From NCBI GenBank assembly GCA_976226885.1, contig OZ320318.1, positions 41,354,001 to 41,418,000 on the forward strand: a stretch of DNA of 64,000 nucleotides, in the 5' to 3' direction. Position numbers and translations under genes: made by a program. Under the pieces are notes generated by a model. It saw only the letters and a list, made by a program, of their open reading frames with translations, searched no databases and was not told the origin of the DNA. Every line of letters begins with the position of its first letter. The stretch's first letter is position 1. Shown here one piece after another: positions 53,283-64,000 of this stretch. Source of the stretch: Iphione sp. A-MEVVRFRX5. Taxonomy: Eukaryota.

Positions 53283-54780
53283 ATGTCTCAGCCGACCCTG
53301 AAAAGACGAAGCATCTGCATAACCAATGCCCAGAAAAAAGAACTGTGAATACAAGTAAGCACATCTGGCATGTTTGCAGACATCACTGACTCAGACGTTT
53401 TCTTCCAAGTGGGCCTTTGCTCTCCCTGGGTCAACCATGTCAGACATCCTGAAGTGGTTAGTGCACTGGTTGTCCCTGGGGTCTGAGGAAGCCAAGTTCT
53501 GTCAATCACAGTCTCCCTGCCTCTATGAGCTAGAACAGGCATTGCTGATATGGTTTCAGGACATAAGCGGCAGAGGCGTAACTATCAGTGACCATATGCT
53601 CAGATTTTCAGATAGCAAGGCCTAGATTAGTCGGTTCAAGAAACGGCATGAAGTCAAATCATGCAGACAACACTGCGAGTCTGGCCACTTTGACCAGTCT
53701 GCTGTATGTAACGGACGTTTGAAGCTGTGCCTAGAGCTGGAGGGATTTGACCCAGAGAATGTGTACAATGTTGATGAGACTGGGCTGTTCTATAAGCTCA
53801 AGCCAACATGTACTCTGGACCTGTAAAAGGACAGCGGAAGTCAAAAGACATAATTACCGTGGCCCTCTGCTGCAATGCCATACAAGTTGAGGCCTTTCCC
53901 TATAGGGAAGGCTGCAAGGCCCAGATATTTTGGAAAGACATTTAATCCAGTGATGTATGTACATTACAGGCATAACACCAAGGCCTGGATGACATCCCTC
54001 CCCTAGAAGGATTTCCTCCAGTAGCTGGACACCAGAGCTAAATCCCAGGATCGCCACTACCTGCTACTCTGTGATACTGCTGGGAGTCACAGGACCTCCA
54101 AGACCTTACCCAACATCACTGTGAGCTACCTACCCCCAACACCACTTCCCACATCAAACCTTTGGATGCTGGGATCATTGCCTCCTTCAAGGCCCAGTAT
54201 AGGAGGAGGCTGGTCGGACACTTCCTGGGGTGTATGGAGTAAGGCAGCCCCATGACAGCTGACATGAGGAAGGCCATCCTCATTTTGCATGAGGCCTTGG
54301 AGGCTATCACTCCTACCACCATCAAGAACTGCTGAAGCACACTGACATCCTCCCTGGGACACCCAGACATGTAGAGGATGGGTAAGATGAGGAGGAGGAC
54401 ATGCCCCTGTCTGAACTCCAGACCCTCTTCCAGTCACTGCCACCTGAGGAGTCACATAGTATGATGTCTGCCCACGAGTAAACAGAGGTGGACTCCACTG
54501 CAGAGACCTCAGGGGAACTCAACAATGATGCCCTACTGGCACTGCTGAGAGGACATGAGGTGAGGGAGGGTATAGAGGAGGAACAGGAGGCTGAGGAGAT
54601 GCCACCACCTGCTGTTACCATGAAGGACATCACCTGTTCAGTGGATCTCTTGGTGAGGTGCTGTGAGGACAACTAGGATGTCGAAGGAGTCTACTTCCTT
54701 TGTGGACTCCTACCCAAGGCACACATCTCACAGGAGAGTTGTAGACAGACTCTAATCAAAGACTTTTTCAATTGCAAGCA
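53283..54780 (+). pseudogene. Decayed Tigger/pogo-family (DDE_1) transposase
   Basis: Pieces across several stops and frameshifts: ELEQALLIWF (CENP-B HTH), RFKKRH, VYNVDETGLF, HNTKAWMT, LLLCD, PPNTTSHIKPLDAGIIASFKAQYRRRL and C-terminal RQTLIKDFF. No TIRs recognised. Confidence 0.9.
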
Positions 54781-55634
54781 ATTTCATATTTCACTCTTTT
54801 CCAACAATTATCCACCTGTTAGATATGTTAGAAATGATTTCTGAATGCTTCAGAACTGATTTGTTCATTATGATTTGTTCATTACTGATTTGTTCATTAT
54901 GAAAAACATAGTTCAAAATATATTTCTACCATTCTTTCCTATTCTGCATGTTTTCCCTCCCAGGAGACACATACAGGCCTCCCAGCAGCAATCTGGGTTA
55001 AAGGTTTCAAAATTAAGGCTAAAACTTAGTGAAATAAAGGCTAAATAAAGATTTTTCCCCATGGTCAAAATATGCATATGCGATCCTGCCCATTAAGAAT
55101 CAAAGACATTGTGTCAATGTATTTTGCCTTCAGACAACTGCAACAGCAACATTTAAATAATGGTCAGCAAAAATAAAAACCTTCAAACACATTTGATCAG
55201 AAGCAATTGAGAATTAAATTGATTTAGGCCAGCTTTCCATGTGTACAGGTCCATGTTGCATGTTGCATATGGAAACTGGACAAAAAATGCTGAATTCAAT
55301 AAAAAAAATATATATAAAAGAAATTTTTAATTTGCAAAAAAAAAAAGGGGGGGCATAATTTTTTTTAATAATTTTTTTCAAAAAAGCCGCTAGGTGGCGC
55401 ATGGGAGTACAAGGGTAGCTGTATAGCTCCTGCGATCGTTAATACATATTCATCGATCAAAGTAATATTCTCATGACAAAAGTGGACGACAACCATTATT
55501 AAGGACTATAGACAACTTTTCTGTAAAGAAAAAAGTTGTTATTGTTGGACACTTGAAGTAATCAACGTCGAAAGTTTTGAATCGACCGTTGACTATTGGC
55601 GGCCATATTGAAAGACTAGTAGAACTACATTAGT

Positions 55635-56549
55635 ATGATGGAGAGTCAATCGACAACAACCGAAACAAGATCCTCATCAACGACCAGCTTACATACAGCG
55701 AAGTCAACTCACACTGTGGGCGAAAAATCATCAAATGGTTCATTCCATGGATTTACCCCAGAAGAAGTGTTATTGGCTGAGGCTAAGTTAGCAGCTCAAG
55801 CTTTAAAAGCCAAGGCTACGAGCAGCTCGACAACTAGCACAGGTACACGAGACACCAAGCAAGATGGCAGTGGTCAAGATGCTGAGGGTCAAGATAATGG
55901 AGGTCAAGATAAAACAGGACCTGATGTCGAGGACACTACCAAGACTTTCTCTGGTATGGTACTAACCTCACAAGAAAGTCTCGAGCGTATAGTGAACAAG
56001 GCAGTTGGATCTTCATACGAGCAAGTCCTGACTAAGATGGAAGAAAACGAAACTCTGAGGAGACAACAAGTACACGAAATATTTGAGGGAATCGACAGTA
56101 ACACCAGTCGTATAGAAGACTGCGAGAGGCAATTCAGAAGCAAGGCACTACGAATCATCGGCATCAAGGACGATGGACCAGATGATCTAACTAAGATGAT
56201 CGAGCTGTTCAAGCTGATGGACGTGAAGCCTCCTGTTACAGCCCAAGACATTGATGAATTGTATCGTGTTGGCCGAAAGGATATTGTGAATTCTACTCCG
56301 AGACCGATCTACATCTCATTTGTGAAGATCAGCACTAAAAATAACATTTATGCAAGGCGTGTGGTCTTAGGACGTCTGTCAAAGGGTGTTTTCATAAACG
56401 AGGATCTAACAGAGGAGAATAGAAAGCTCCTCTACAAAGCTCGACTGGAATTTAAAAATGAGCAATTACACTCAGTCTGGACCATGAACGGTATAGTGTA
56501 TGTGAAGAAGACGGCTACAGCATACCCTACACTGTATCAAAGTCAGTAA
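55635..56549 (+). CDS. LINE ORF1 protein (coiled coil, RRM-like domain, CTD)
   Basis: 304-aa ATG-started ORF. Contains RIEDCERQFRSKALRIIGI, YRVG...PRPIYISF and VFINEDLTEENRKL...VWTMNGIVYVK, typical of CR1/L2-group ORF1 proteins. Confidence 0.85.
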   Translation: MMESQSTTTETRSSSTTSLHTAKSTHTVGEKSSNGSFHGFTPEEVLLAEAKLAAQALKAKATSSSTTSTGTRDTKQDGSGQDAEGQDNGGQDKTGPDVEDTTKTFSGMVLTSQESLERIVNKAVGSSYEQVLTKMEENETLRRQQVHEIFEGIDSNTSRIEDCERQFRSKALRIIGIKDDGPDDLTKMIELFKLMDVKPPVTAQDIDELYRVGRKDIVNSTPRPIYISFVKISTKNNIYARRVVLGRLSKGVFINEDLTEENRKLLYKARLEFKNEQLHSVWTMNGIVYVKKTATAYPTLYQSQ

Positions 56550-57115
56550 GTGGTGACAATATGATTTCATGACAAGGTAATTAACAAGGTAAATTGTGCC
56601 GTCTTTATGAACTTGGCAAGGTAACTCGACAACGAAGTATTGAATGTTACGTAACTTACAAGGTACATGATATTGCAATCTGTAATTTTTAAAGATACCA
56701 TTTTGAATATTCTACTCCTAGGCAATTGAAGCCTTTATTGTTATGTACATGTAGAAAATATCAATTCAGTTTAAATAGTGGTATCATGTTGAATAGTCAC
56801 TTTCAAAGAGTTCGGTAACTATGACATCATGACGTACTACGTCACAATGAACAACGTCGTTGCGTCATTTCCGGTATCGATATTTCCGGCCGCATGGCCA
56901 GTTACGTCAGACACGCAACGGTATACTCGCATAGTTAGCAAAACTCAAGTAAGAATTATATCGATAACAATATATAATAGAGATTATCAGTAAACGCTAA
57001 TTGAATACCATTATGTCTATTTGATCTTTAATTATTTATATACATCGATTATCTTCTGTTATTCGTTCTAAATACATAAACAGTATATTGCGTATAGATC
57101 GCTTTCCCATACGAG

Positions 57116-60049
57116 GTGAACACCTCTCTGAACGACCGAAATTGTAAAAGTTCTTCTCTGACTTATCCTAATGTTGATCGAATTACCCAAGATGGTTTGA
57201 ACATTTGCCATTTAAATATTCGAAGCATTAAGAATAAGATTGATCAGATTAGAATTGAGCTCTATAGAAATATTATACATATAGCGTGTTTTACTGAGAC
57301 TTGGTTAGATGACCGCATTAGTGATAATTTATTGGAGATACGAAATTATTCAATGTATAGACAAGACAGAAAGAGAGAAGACAAAAAGAAAGGAGGAGGA
57401 GTATTAGTATATATACGTAATGATATAAACAAATTTTGTCACCTAGGTAATGACGGTTTAGTTAGCAGTGAAAATCTGGAGCTAGTAAGTATAAAGTTAA
57501 TCAAGCCATTCAGTAAGCCTATACTCATTACTACTATTTATAAAAGTCCAACTTCTGATCCAAAGAAATTCTTCACCCATTTAGAACATAATTTAACTGG
57601 AAACGGACAACTTGAGCACGTTATCATTGGAGATTTCAATATTGATTACAACAACAAAAGGAATAGTGTAACCAAGATGCTAAACACATTCCTGCATGAT
57701 ATGGGACTCAGGAATATGATTACTGAATGCACAAGGGTAACAGAAACTACAAATACATTAATTGATCTATTACTAGTGTCGAAACCTGACCAATTTAACA
57801 CCCATGCAATAATTCATAATACCCTTAGTGATCATCACTGGATATATGCCAAAAGGAAATCCAAGAAATTCAACAAAGAAACGAAAACTGTTTATTCTCG
57901 AGATTTTAAGAAAATGGATAATAATGATTTTTCGAGAGATTTAATGGAGAAAATTAATAAAGAAAGATTACGATTAGAACGGATGAATGCTGATGATGCA
58001 TGGGACAACCTGCTGGAACATATAATTGAAATATTAAATAAACATGCACCAATAAAAAAGAGAAAGATAAAAAATTCAACATGTAAGTGGTACACTGCAG
58101 ATTTATTAAAATTGAAGAAAGAAAAAGAAAAAGCCACTTTTGTAGCTAGACACACCAGATTGCAAGAGGATATAGCCAAAGCGAGGCGACTGAAAAATCA
58201 ATATAACTATGCGATCAGACATCATAAGAAAAAATGGATTCAAGACAAACTTAATAACAATAGAGGTAACATGGGAAAATATTGGAAGACAATCAAAGAA
58301 ATTTTGCCTGATTATAAAAATGATCAGCACCAGATCAAATGCATAAGATCTAACAATACTGACTTTAGGGATAACAAGGATATGGCAGAAATATTAAATC
58401 AACATTTTGCCTGTGTAGGAGAAAAGACAGCTGAAAAGATCCAACAACCAACCAATAAATATGAAGATGACCAAAATCCAAATCGAATTGAAAAGATTAC
58501 ACTACCTGAATTGGAGACAATTGTCAAGATAATCAAAAGTATTCCTAACAGCAAACCGTCTGGAATAAAGAGTCTACCAATGAAATTAATCAAAGAAAAT
58601 GCTGAAGTTTTTGCAAATGGAATATTAATAATAATATGCATTATTATAAAAACAAGTAAGATACCAGTAAAATGGAAGACAGCGATAATAACACCACTAT
58701 TTAAGGGTGGAAATGACAAAGATCCACATTGTTATCGTCCGATATCAGTACTACCATTTATGCATAAGGTCGTTGAAAAGTTAATATTATACCCATTACT
58801 GAAATATCTAAATGAAAAGAATATTCTATATGAAAAGCAGGGTGGGTATCGACCATTCTATAGTACTCAAATGATGATTCAGCAATTGCATGATGGAATA
58901 AGGATGAACAAAGGAAATTCGAAAACAACAATGGTTGCCTATATTGATGTATCAAAAGCCTTCGACACAGTCAATCATAGTCGGCTGATACATAAGTTAA
59001 AAAAGATAGGAATTACTGGACAACTTTTATCAATCTTGAAAGACTATTTGAACAACAGAACACATGCTACCAAAGTCAATGATACTTTATCGACCACAGC
59101 AAATATAACTATTGGAGTTCCACAAGGTTCTGTGTTAGGACCGATTTTATTCATATTATACTTAAATTCTATGCCCAAATTTATCCCGTACGCTGAAACC
59201 TTAATATATGCAGATGATACTGCACTGCGAATATCTGGAAATAACATACATAAGATTTACCAAGAGATGAATGAAGCATTGTGGTCAGTTAAACATTGGA
59301 TGGACTATAATAGAATTGCAATGAATACAAAGAAAACTAAATTTGTTATATACTTACCAACAAAGGCACAAGAACAAGAGATTCATAGAACACAACTCGA
59401 ACTGTATGTTGGTAATACAAAAATTGAAAGAGTCCAGCAATATAAATATTTGGGAGTAATACTGGATCATAAATTGACATTTGACCAACATGTGGCACAA
59501 ATACGTCAGAAAGTTAACAGAATATTATTTTCATTTGGAAGAGCTGTGAAATACTTGGACAAATCAACATCAATAATGATCTATAAGTGTTTGATAAGAC
59601 CTCACTTCGAATATGCAGATCTAATTTGGAGTAACACCTCGGCTGGAAATATAGATAAATTGCAGAGATTACAAAATCGTGCACTTAAACTTGCACTGAA
59701 CGTTGAGCACATGACTCCAACTTTGACAATACACAAAGATGCAAACATGATGACCATAAGACAAAGAATTCACCTACATCAGCTAATAGCAGGATTTAAT
59801 GCAGCCATGGAATTATTTCCAAAATTCATACAAGAGAAATTTGTAAAGAGAGATAATTTATATAATCTGAGAGATGCACTCAGTACACTATTCAAATACC
59901 CTGAAGGAATCAAGAATAAATCACAGTTAATGAAAACGTGCACTTATATAATTATAGATAATTGGAATGGCATGAAATTATATGAGCGAGACTACGAAAA
60001 TAAGCAGCAGTTCAAGAGGGAATTAACGACACGTATTTTATTGGGGTGA
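57116..60049 (+). CDS. LINE ORF2: apurinic-like endonuclease plus reverse transcriptase; start codon uncertain
   Basis: 977 codons with no stop. APE motifs HLNIRS, FTETWL, IIGDFN, LIDL, SDH. RT motifs YRPISVLP, DVSKAFDTV, GVPQGSVLGP, YADD (59207-59218), YLGV. Confidence 0.95.
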   Translation: MNTSLNDRNCKSSSLTYPNVDRITQDGLNICHLNIRSIKNKIDQIRIELYRNIIHIACFTETWLDDRISDNLLEIRNYSMYRQDRKREDKKKGGGVLVYIRNDINKFCHLGNDGLVSSENLELVSIKLIKPFSKPILITTIYKSPTSDPKKFFTHLEHNLTGNGQLEHVIIGDFNIDYNNKRNSVTKMLNTFLHDMGLRNMITECTRVTETTNTLIDLLLVSKPDQFNTHAIIHNTLSDHHWIYAKRKSKKFNKETKTVYSRDFKKMDNNDFSRDLMEKINKERLRLERMNADDAWDNLLEHIIEILNKHAPIKKRKIKNSTCKWYTADLLKLKKEKEKATFVARHTRLQEDIAKARRLKNQYNYAIRHHKKKWIQDKLNNNRGNMGKYWKTIKEILPDYKNDQHQIKCIRSNNTDFRDNKDMAEILNQHFACVGEKTAEKIQQPTNKYEDDQNPNRIEKITLPELETIVKIIKSIPNSKPSGIKSLPMKLIKENAEVFANGILIIICIIIKTSKIPVKWKTAIITPLFKGGNDKDPHCYRPISVLPFMHKVVEKLILYPLLKYLNEKNILYEKQGGYRPFYSTQMMIQQLHDGIRMNKGNSKTTMVAYIDVSKAFDTVNHSRLIHKLKKIGITGQLLSILKDYLNNRTHATKVNDTLSTTANITIGVPQGSVLGPILFILYLNSMPKFIPYAETLIYADDTALRISGNNIHKIYQEMNEALWSVKHWMDYNRIAMNTKKTKFVIYLPTKAQEQEIHRTQLELYVGNTKIERVQQYKYLGVILDHKLTFDQHVAQIRQKVNRILFSFGRAVKYLDKSTSIMIYKCLIRPHFEYADLIWSNTSAGNIDKLQRLQNRALKLALNVEHMTPTLTIHKDANMMTIRQRIHLHQLIAGFNAAMELFPKFIQEKFVKRDNLYNLRDALSTLFKYPEGIKNKSQLMKTCTYIIIDNWNGMKLYERDYENKQQFKRELTTRILLG

Positions 60050-63000
60050 TTTTAAGCAATATTTTAAGCAAAATTTTAAGCAATATAACATGACATGCTA
60101 TGACATGATCCATGACATGACATGATCGGACATGATTGAATATTACATACATATTGTATTAAAATGAGCATCGTCACAGAAATTGAGCTAATGAGTCAGA
60201 GGAGAACTTGTTAATAAACATACAACGCGCCAATGCATGTAACATATTATATAATTATTATATTACTAATGTGTTATAATGTATCTTGTATATCTTATTT
60301 TTCAGCAATTTTATATGATAGATCTGTTATTTACTCTATTATAAACTATAGCTCTGTAAACTACTCTATACCTGCACTAGTGATTAGAATAGGGACTGAC
60401 CACACGCCAGATAGTTAACAGTAATATGTGCAGGCCACCATAACATCAGCCTCGAGCTGAGGATGTGTTCTGAAGAGATTCAATAAAAAAAAAAAAAAAA
60501 AAAATTCCAATTGGCACAAAAGACACAGCTTGACAGAATTAGGTGTAATTCTTTCCCATCGACACAAAAGCTTCAAAATTTAAAAGAAAAACACACTCTC
60601 TCTTTCTCTGTCTCTCTTCTCCCTCCACTTGTCCACACCCTTCTGCACTTGTCTGCTCTTGTCTGCACCCATATACAAGGAAAGCACCCCTCCGTGCTCA
60701 TCTATGCTTGTCCAGAAAATTGGCAGAATTTCCTGATCCTTCCACACTGACATGTACACATGGAAAGCTGGTCTAAGAGGTTACTACTTACACTACTACT
60801 CAACACTTGGACTTTGAAAAAGAATTGAATTTTGTTATATTCATTAATTATGCAGTAAAGTATACGCCTGAATGCCATTTCCATTGAGACAAATGGATCC
60901 ATCCTTGGACTGTCTTGTTTCTTCAAAACAGTTGAACCTACCATATTGGTGGCAGGGACAAGTGATTGTTCAATCAGCATCTGGTGATGATTTGTAACTA
61001 GCCCTGCTTTTCTGCTTTGCTATGTCAGGTCCAGGACAGATCAGTCTCAGTATACATCAGTATTGCTTGGTCAGGGAGTTTCAGTTTTATTTGTATATTT
61101 TGAAAGGTCTCATGCTGGAAATTTTCACACAAACTTGGACTCTGAATAACATGTTGTTGTTCTGGAGGGTTTAAATCCATTTTGCAAATGTAACTCCTTT
61201 TGCTGGATTTCTAGACAAAATAATTTAACAAGTCAAGACAAGATGAAATCTCTGCCACCTGATTCTTTGCAAGATAAGACCTCAGGTCCTTAAATTATTA
61301 TCTTTATACATAAACAATTTTATATCAATAGCTGACAACTATCTAATGATGATGTTTTGAAAACCTATAAATAGCTGACAATTATCTAAAAGGATTCATG
61401 GCAAAATACAAAATGGGGAAAAATAAAGGCTCTGCTCATTGAAAAAAAGGTGCAGGTAGTCAAAAACGGTTTTCTAAAGGTTTAAAGGTTCACTGGGAGG
61501 CCTGCACATAGGTGGTGATTTCAGTAACCGGAATGTCCGTTATCCGCACAAAATTTTGAATAACGGAAGTATTCCAGTTAACGAAATCTGACTGTATATT
61601 CATTCTTAATACTCGGTTACCCAGGGGTTCGGCTGGGTCGTCATGAGTTCTGTGGATAATTTTCTATTTTAGTGTATATATTGTTCTAAATATCAAGATC
61701 ACAAGCATATTTCACTGGGAATCTCATACATTACAGTTCAAGTAATACCATTGCATGTTAGATCCCTGGCCCTGAACTGTCCACTGGCCACTGTACTTTA
61801 ATCCTTGGGGACGTGGTGCAAGTCTATACACTTTAAAGCCTTAAGCGCCGCTACTCTCCGCTCACCGTCTCCACGTCATGGTTTCCTTGCTGAATCCCAG
61901 CACGATGCTCTAAAAGCTCAAGGTAACCCAAGAGGTCACTCACTACCACAATTCCTTTGTCCGGCAGGATGCCCTCCACCACAGACCATTGTCCGGACAG
62001 GTGGTCATCTCCACCCAAACACTTGAAATTCCATTTAAGGGGTTGCCACTCTTTCTCACAGCGTGAACGGAAACGGTATATGGAAGCATCTAGACAGAGA
62101 GTATTGCTTTACATGACGCACATCATACCAGCTGAAAAAACGTAACAGCACATCAACAGCTGTTTCTCCTCTCACCAAGTGAACTGAGCAGGTATATGGA
62201 TATGTCCAACTGGACCGCATTGCTTTGCTTGATACACATTATACAAGCTTAAAAAAGCAACATCACATCACTGTGAGGAATGGGGAGAAGGATGGCACAG
62301 CCTCAAATCCGGACCTCATCTGTGTTTTTTAGAGATCTCTCAACCTAATGTGTGCCCGCTAACAGTGCACCTCCAACTGTGACTTCAAAACACATAATAG
62401 GCCCAATTTCCATACGCCTATGTACCATATAGCATGTGTTTATGGCTATAATGCTGTGTTAGGTTCTTGCCCTGTCACTGTGCTCGTATGTGTCCATGTG
62501 CAATTTAGAGACCTTACTTGCGACCACCCCTTGGGACCAGGCTCAAATGGTCACACTGGCGAATTTGGCTGCAAATAGGATATTATTTCTATAGAAATCA
62601 AGGATTCTGTTCCCACCTCAGGTGGTCTTGAGTAGAGAATGGTGGCAGATAGGGCCGCCACTGTAGTACGCTCATCATGTTACACCTCAGCTGTTAACCA
62701 CAGTTCCCACAGGAAACATGCTGTCACAGACATGAAAACACAGCGGAATGGTACATTCCATTCTAAAAAAAATGCTACATGGATACACACTACCCAGTAT
62801 AAAGTACAGGCATACATGGATACACTCCAGGTGATCAGCATGGCCATAAAAACAAGGATACATTGAAATTAAGCCGAACACAAGTCTGCTCCTAACACGT
62901 GCTGACATCTACGCTTTCAGTGACTCTTGGTCTGGACTATTCAAACGTTCCCCTGCCAAAGTCCCCATCAAATTACACTCTCTATGAAGAAGATGGTTGA

Positions 63001-64000
63001 GGAAGAAAACAGGGTCGGAGATCGTACCAAGATATCATTCTTGAGAGCAGTTTTTAAAGGACCTGAATAAACCAAAAGAGAATGGTCTTATTACAGAGAG
63101 GATGAAATATTCGCTCCATTTTATTCTTAAAAAGAGTTATTAAGAACAAATGCTAAGTTGTGTCCGCAGCTGACACGATACACGTAGTTTCACAATATCA
63201 GGAGCGTTTCAAACTTTGGTCCTTTCCCCACACGTCGACCAGCTCTAGATCAGTCGCTGATAAATGTCAAGCTCATAATCCCATATTCAGTATTGCAATT
63301 TTTGATCGTCATGAATCATCCGTGAGGTAAAGTCCAAAGGCTTCCCTCAAAGAAAGAAGGAAAGTACATGTATGCATTATTTGTTAGGAGACGTAGCAAT
63401 AACTTATCTCTACTGAAATTAAAACAAACTGGTTTATTCAAGTCAATCGATGGTTAAATGAATGTATGTGTGTGGATGTGTGTGTGTGTATATGTGTGTG
63501 TGTGTTTTGGGGCGATGTTTGCGTGAACGTGTGCGTGTGTTGAAGAGGGCGGAGGGAGTAGTTTATCTGCGGTTATCACCTGCCATATCTCACCTGTACA
63601 GGTGAGTAGTCTTCGTCAGGTCAACTCAGCTCCTCCACACCACAGCATCCAGGTTGATAATATACACTAACACCGACAGAGGGCAATAAGAGCGTCGATA
63701 CCGTCGTCCAACCAGCTGACACAAACAGGCCAGTCCAACATGGTCAGCGGTGGTCTGGACCGGAGAAAAAAAAAGGAACCAGGCACAAAAACGCGGCCGC
63801 CTCCCAGGTACAACTGTCTGACCCACCGAACTAGGAGGACGAGATGCAGGCTGCAAATGGCCAAATTTGGCGGTTTTCGTTGAAGACTGGGAGCGGAAAA
63901 CAATATTCGTATGTTTGCATCGGTGTGCAACCAAAGCTTTCTCATTTTTTCTCCGAATGGACGGGTGTCTTATATGAGTCATAAGATGAAATACATATTG

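Larger units (their letters stand above)
55560..60504 (+). mobile_element. Apparently full-length, intact non-LTR retrotransposon of the CR1/L2 group (Crack/Daphne/L2-like); 5' boundary approximate
   Basis: ORF1 + 566-nt spacer + uninterrupted APE-RT ORF2 + about 430-nt 3' UTR ending CAAT followed by A20 (60485-60504). No TSD found. Confidence 0.92.

Noticed and set aside
55295-55309. ATTCAATAAAAAAAA matching the LINE tail, as a possible TSD
   Set aside because: Low-complexity match; it would give an implausible AT-rich 5' end, and CR1/L2 elements often lack TSDs.
56546-57115. ORF1-ORF2 fusion by splicing GTAAGT (56546) to the AG at 57097 or 57115
   Set aside because: The donor is phase 2 and both acceptors are phase 0, so the join frameshifts.
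1-64000. CRISPR arrays, rRNA, tRNA or prokaryotic operons
   Set aside because: None seen; the tandem repeats lack unique spacers and the gene is spliced and eukaryotic.

Overview
Repeat-rich eukaryotic genomic DNA, most likely a non-vertebrate bilaterian (inference; the species cannot be determined from the sequence). It has about 13 N-gaps and many microsatellites. The only host gene I can support is an NCOA/SRC/taiman-type bHLH-PAS nuclear-receptor coactivator on the minus strand. Four in-phase coding exons (7072-7244, 6580-6671, 4107-4196, 354-441) give the bHLH, linker and first half of PAS-A. The gene runs off the left edge and its first coding exon was not securely found. The rest is intronic/upstream DNA full of mobile elements: an apparently intact two-ORF CR1/L2-group LINE (about 55.56-60.50 kb), a 5'-truncated Penelope element, a solo Penelope-type LTR with an intact minimal hammerhead ribozyme, two decayed Tigger/pogo transposases, an RTE tail, Helentron-type HINEs, several PIF/Harbinger MITEs and degenerate tandem arrays. 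Most interesting: the hammerhead, the AUG-less LINE ORF2 behind a promoter-like spacer, a four-fold tandem repeat of an NCOA exon end plus splice donor, and MITEs chained through shared TTA target sites. No database searches were run; family calls rest on recognised motifs. I found no convincing wholly new biological system.
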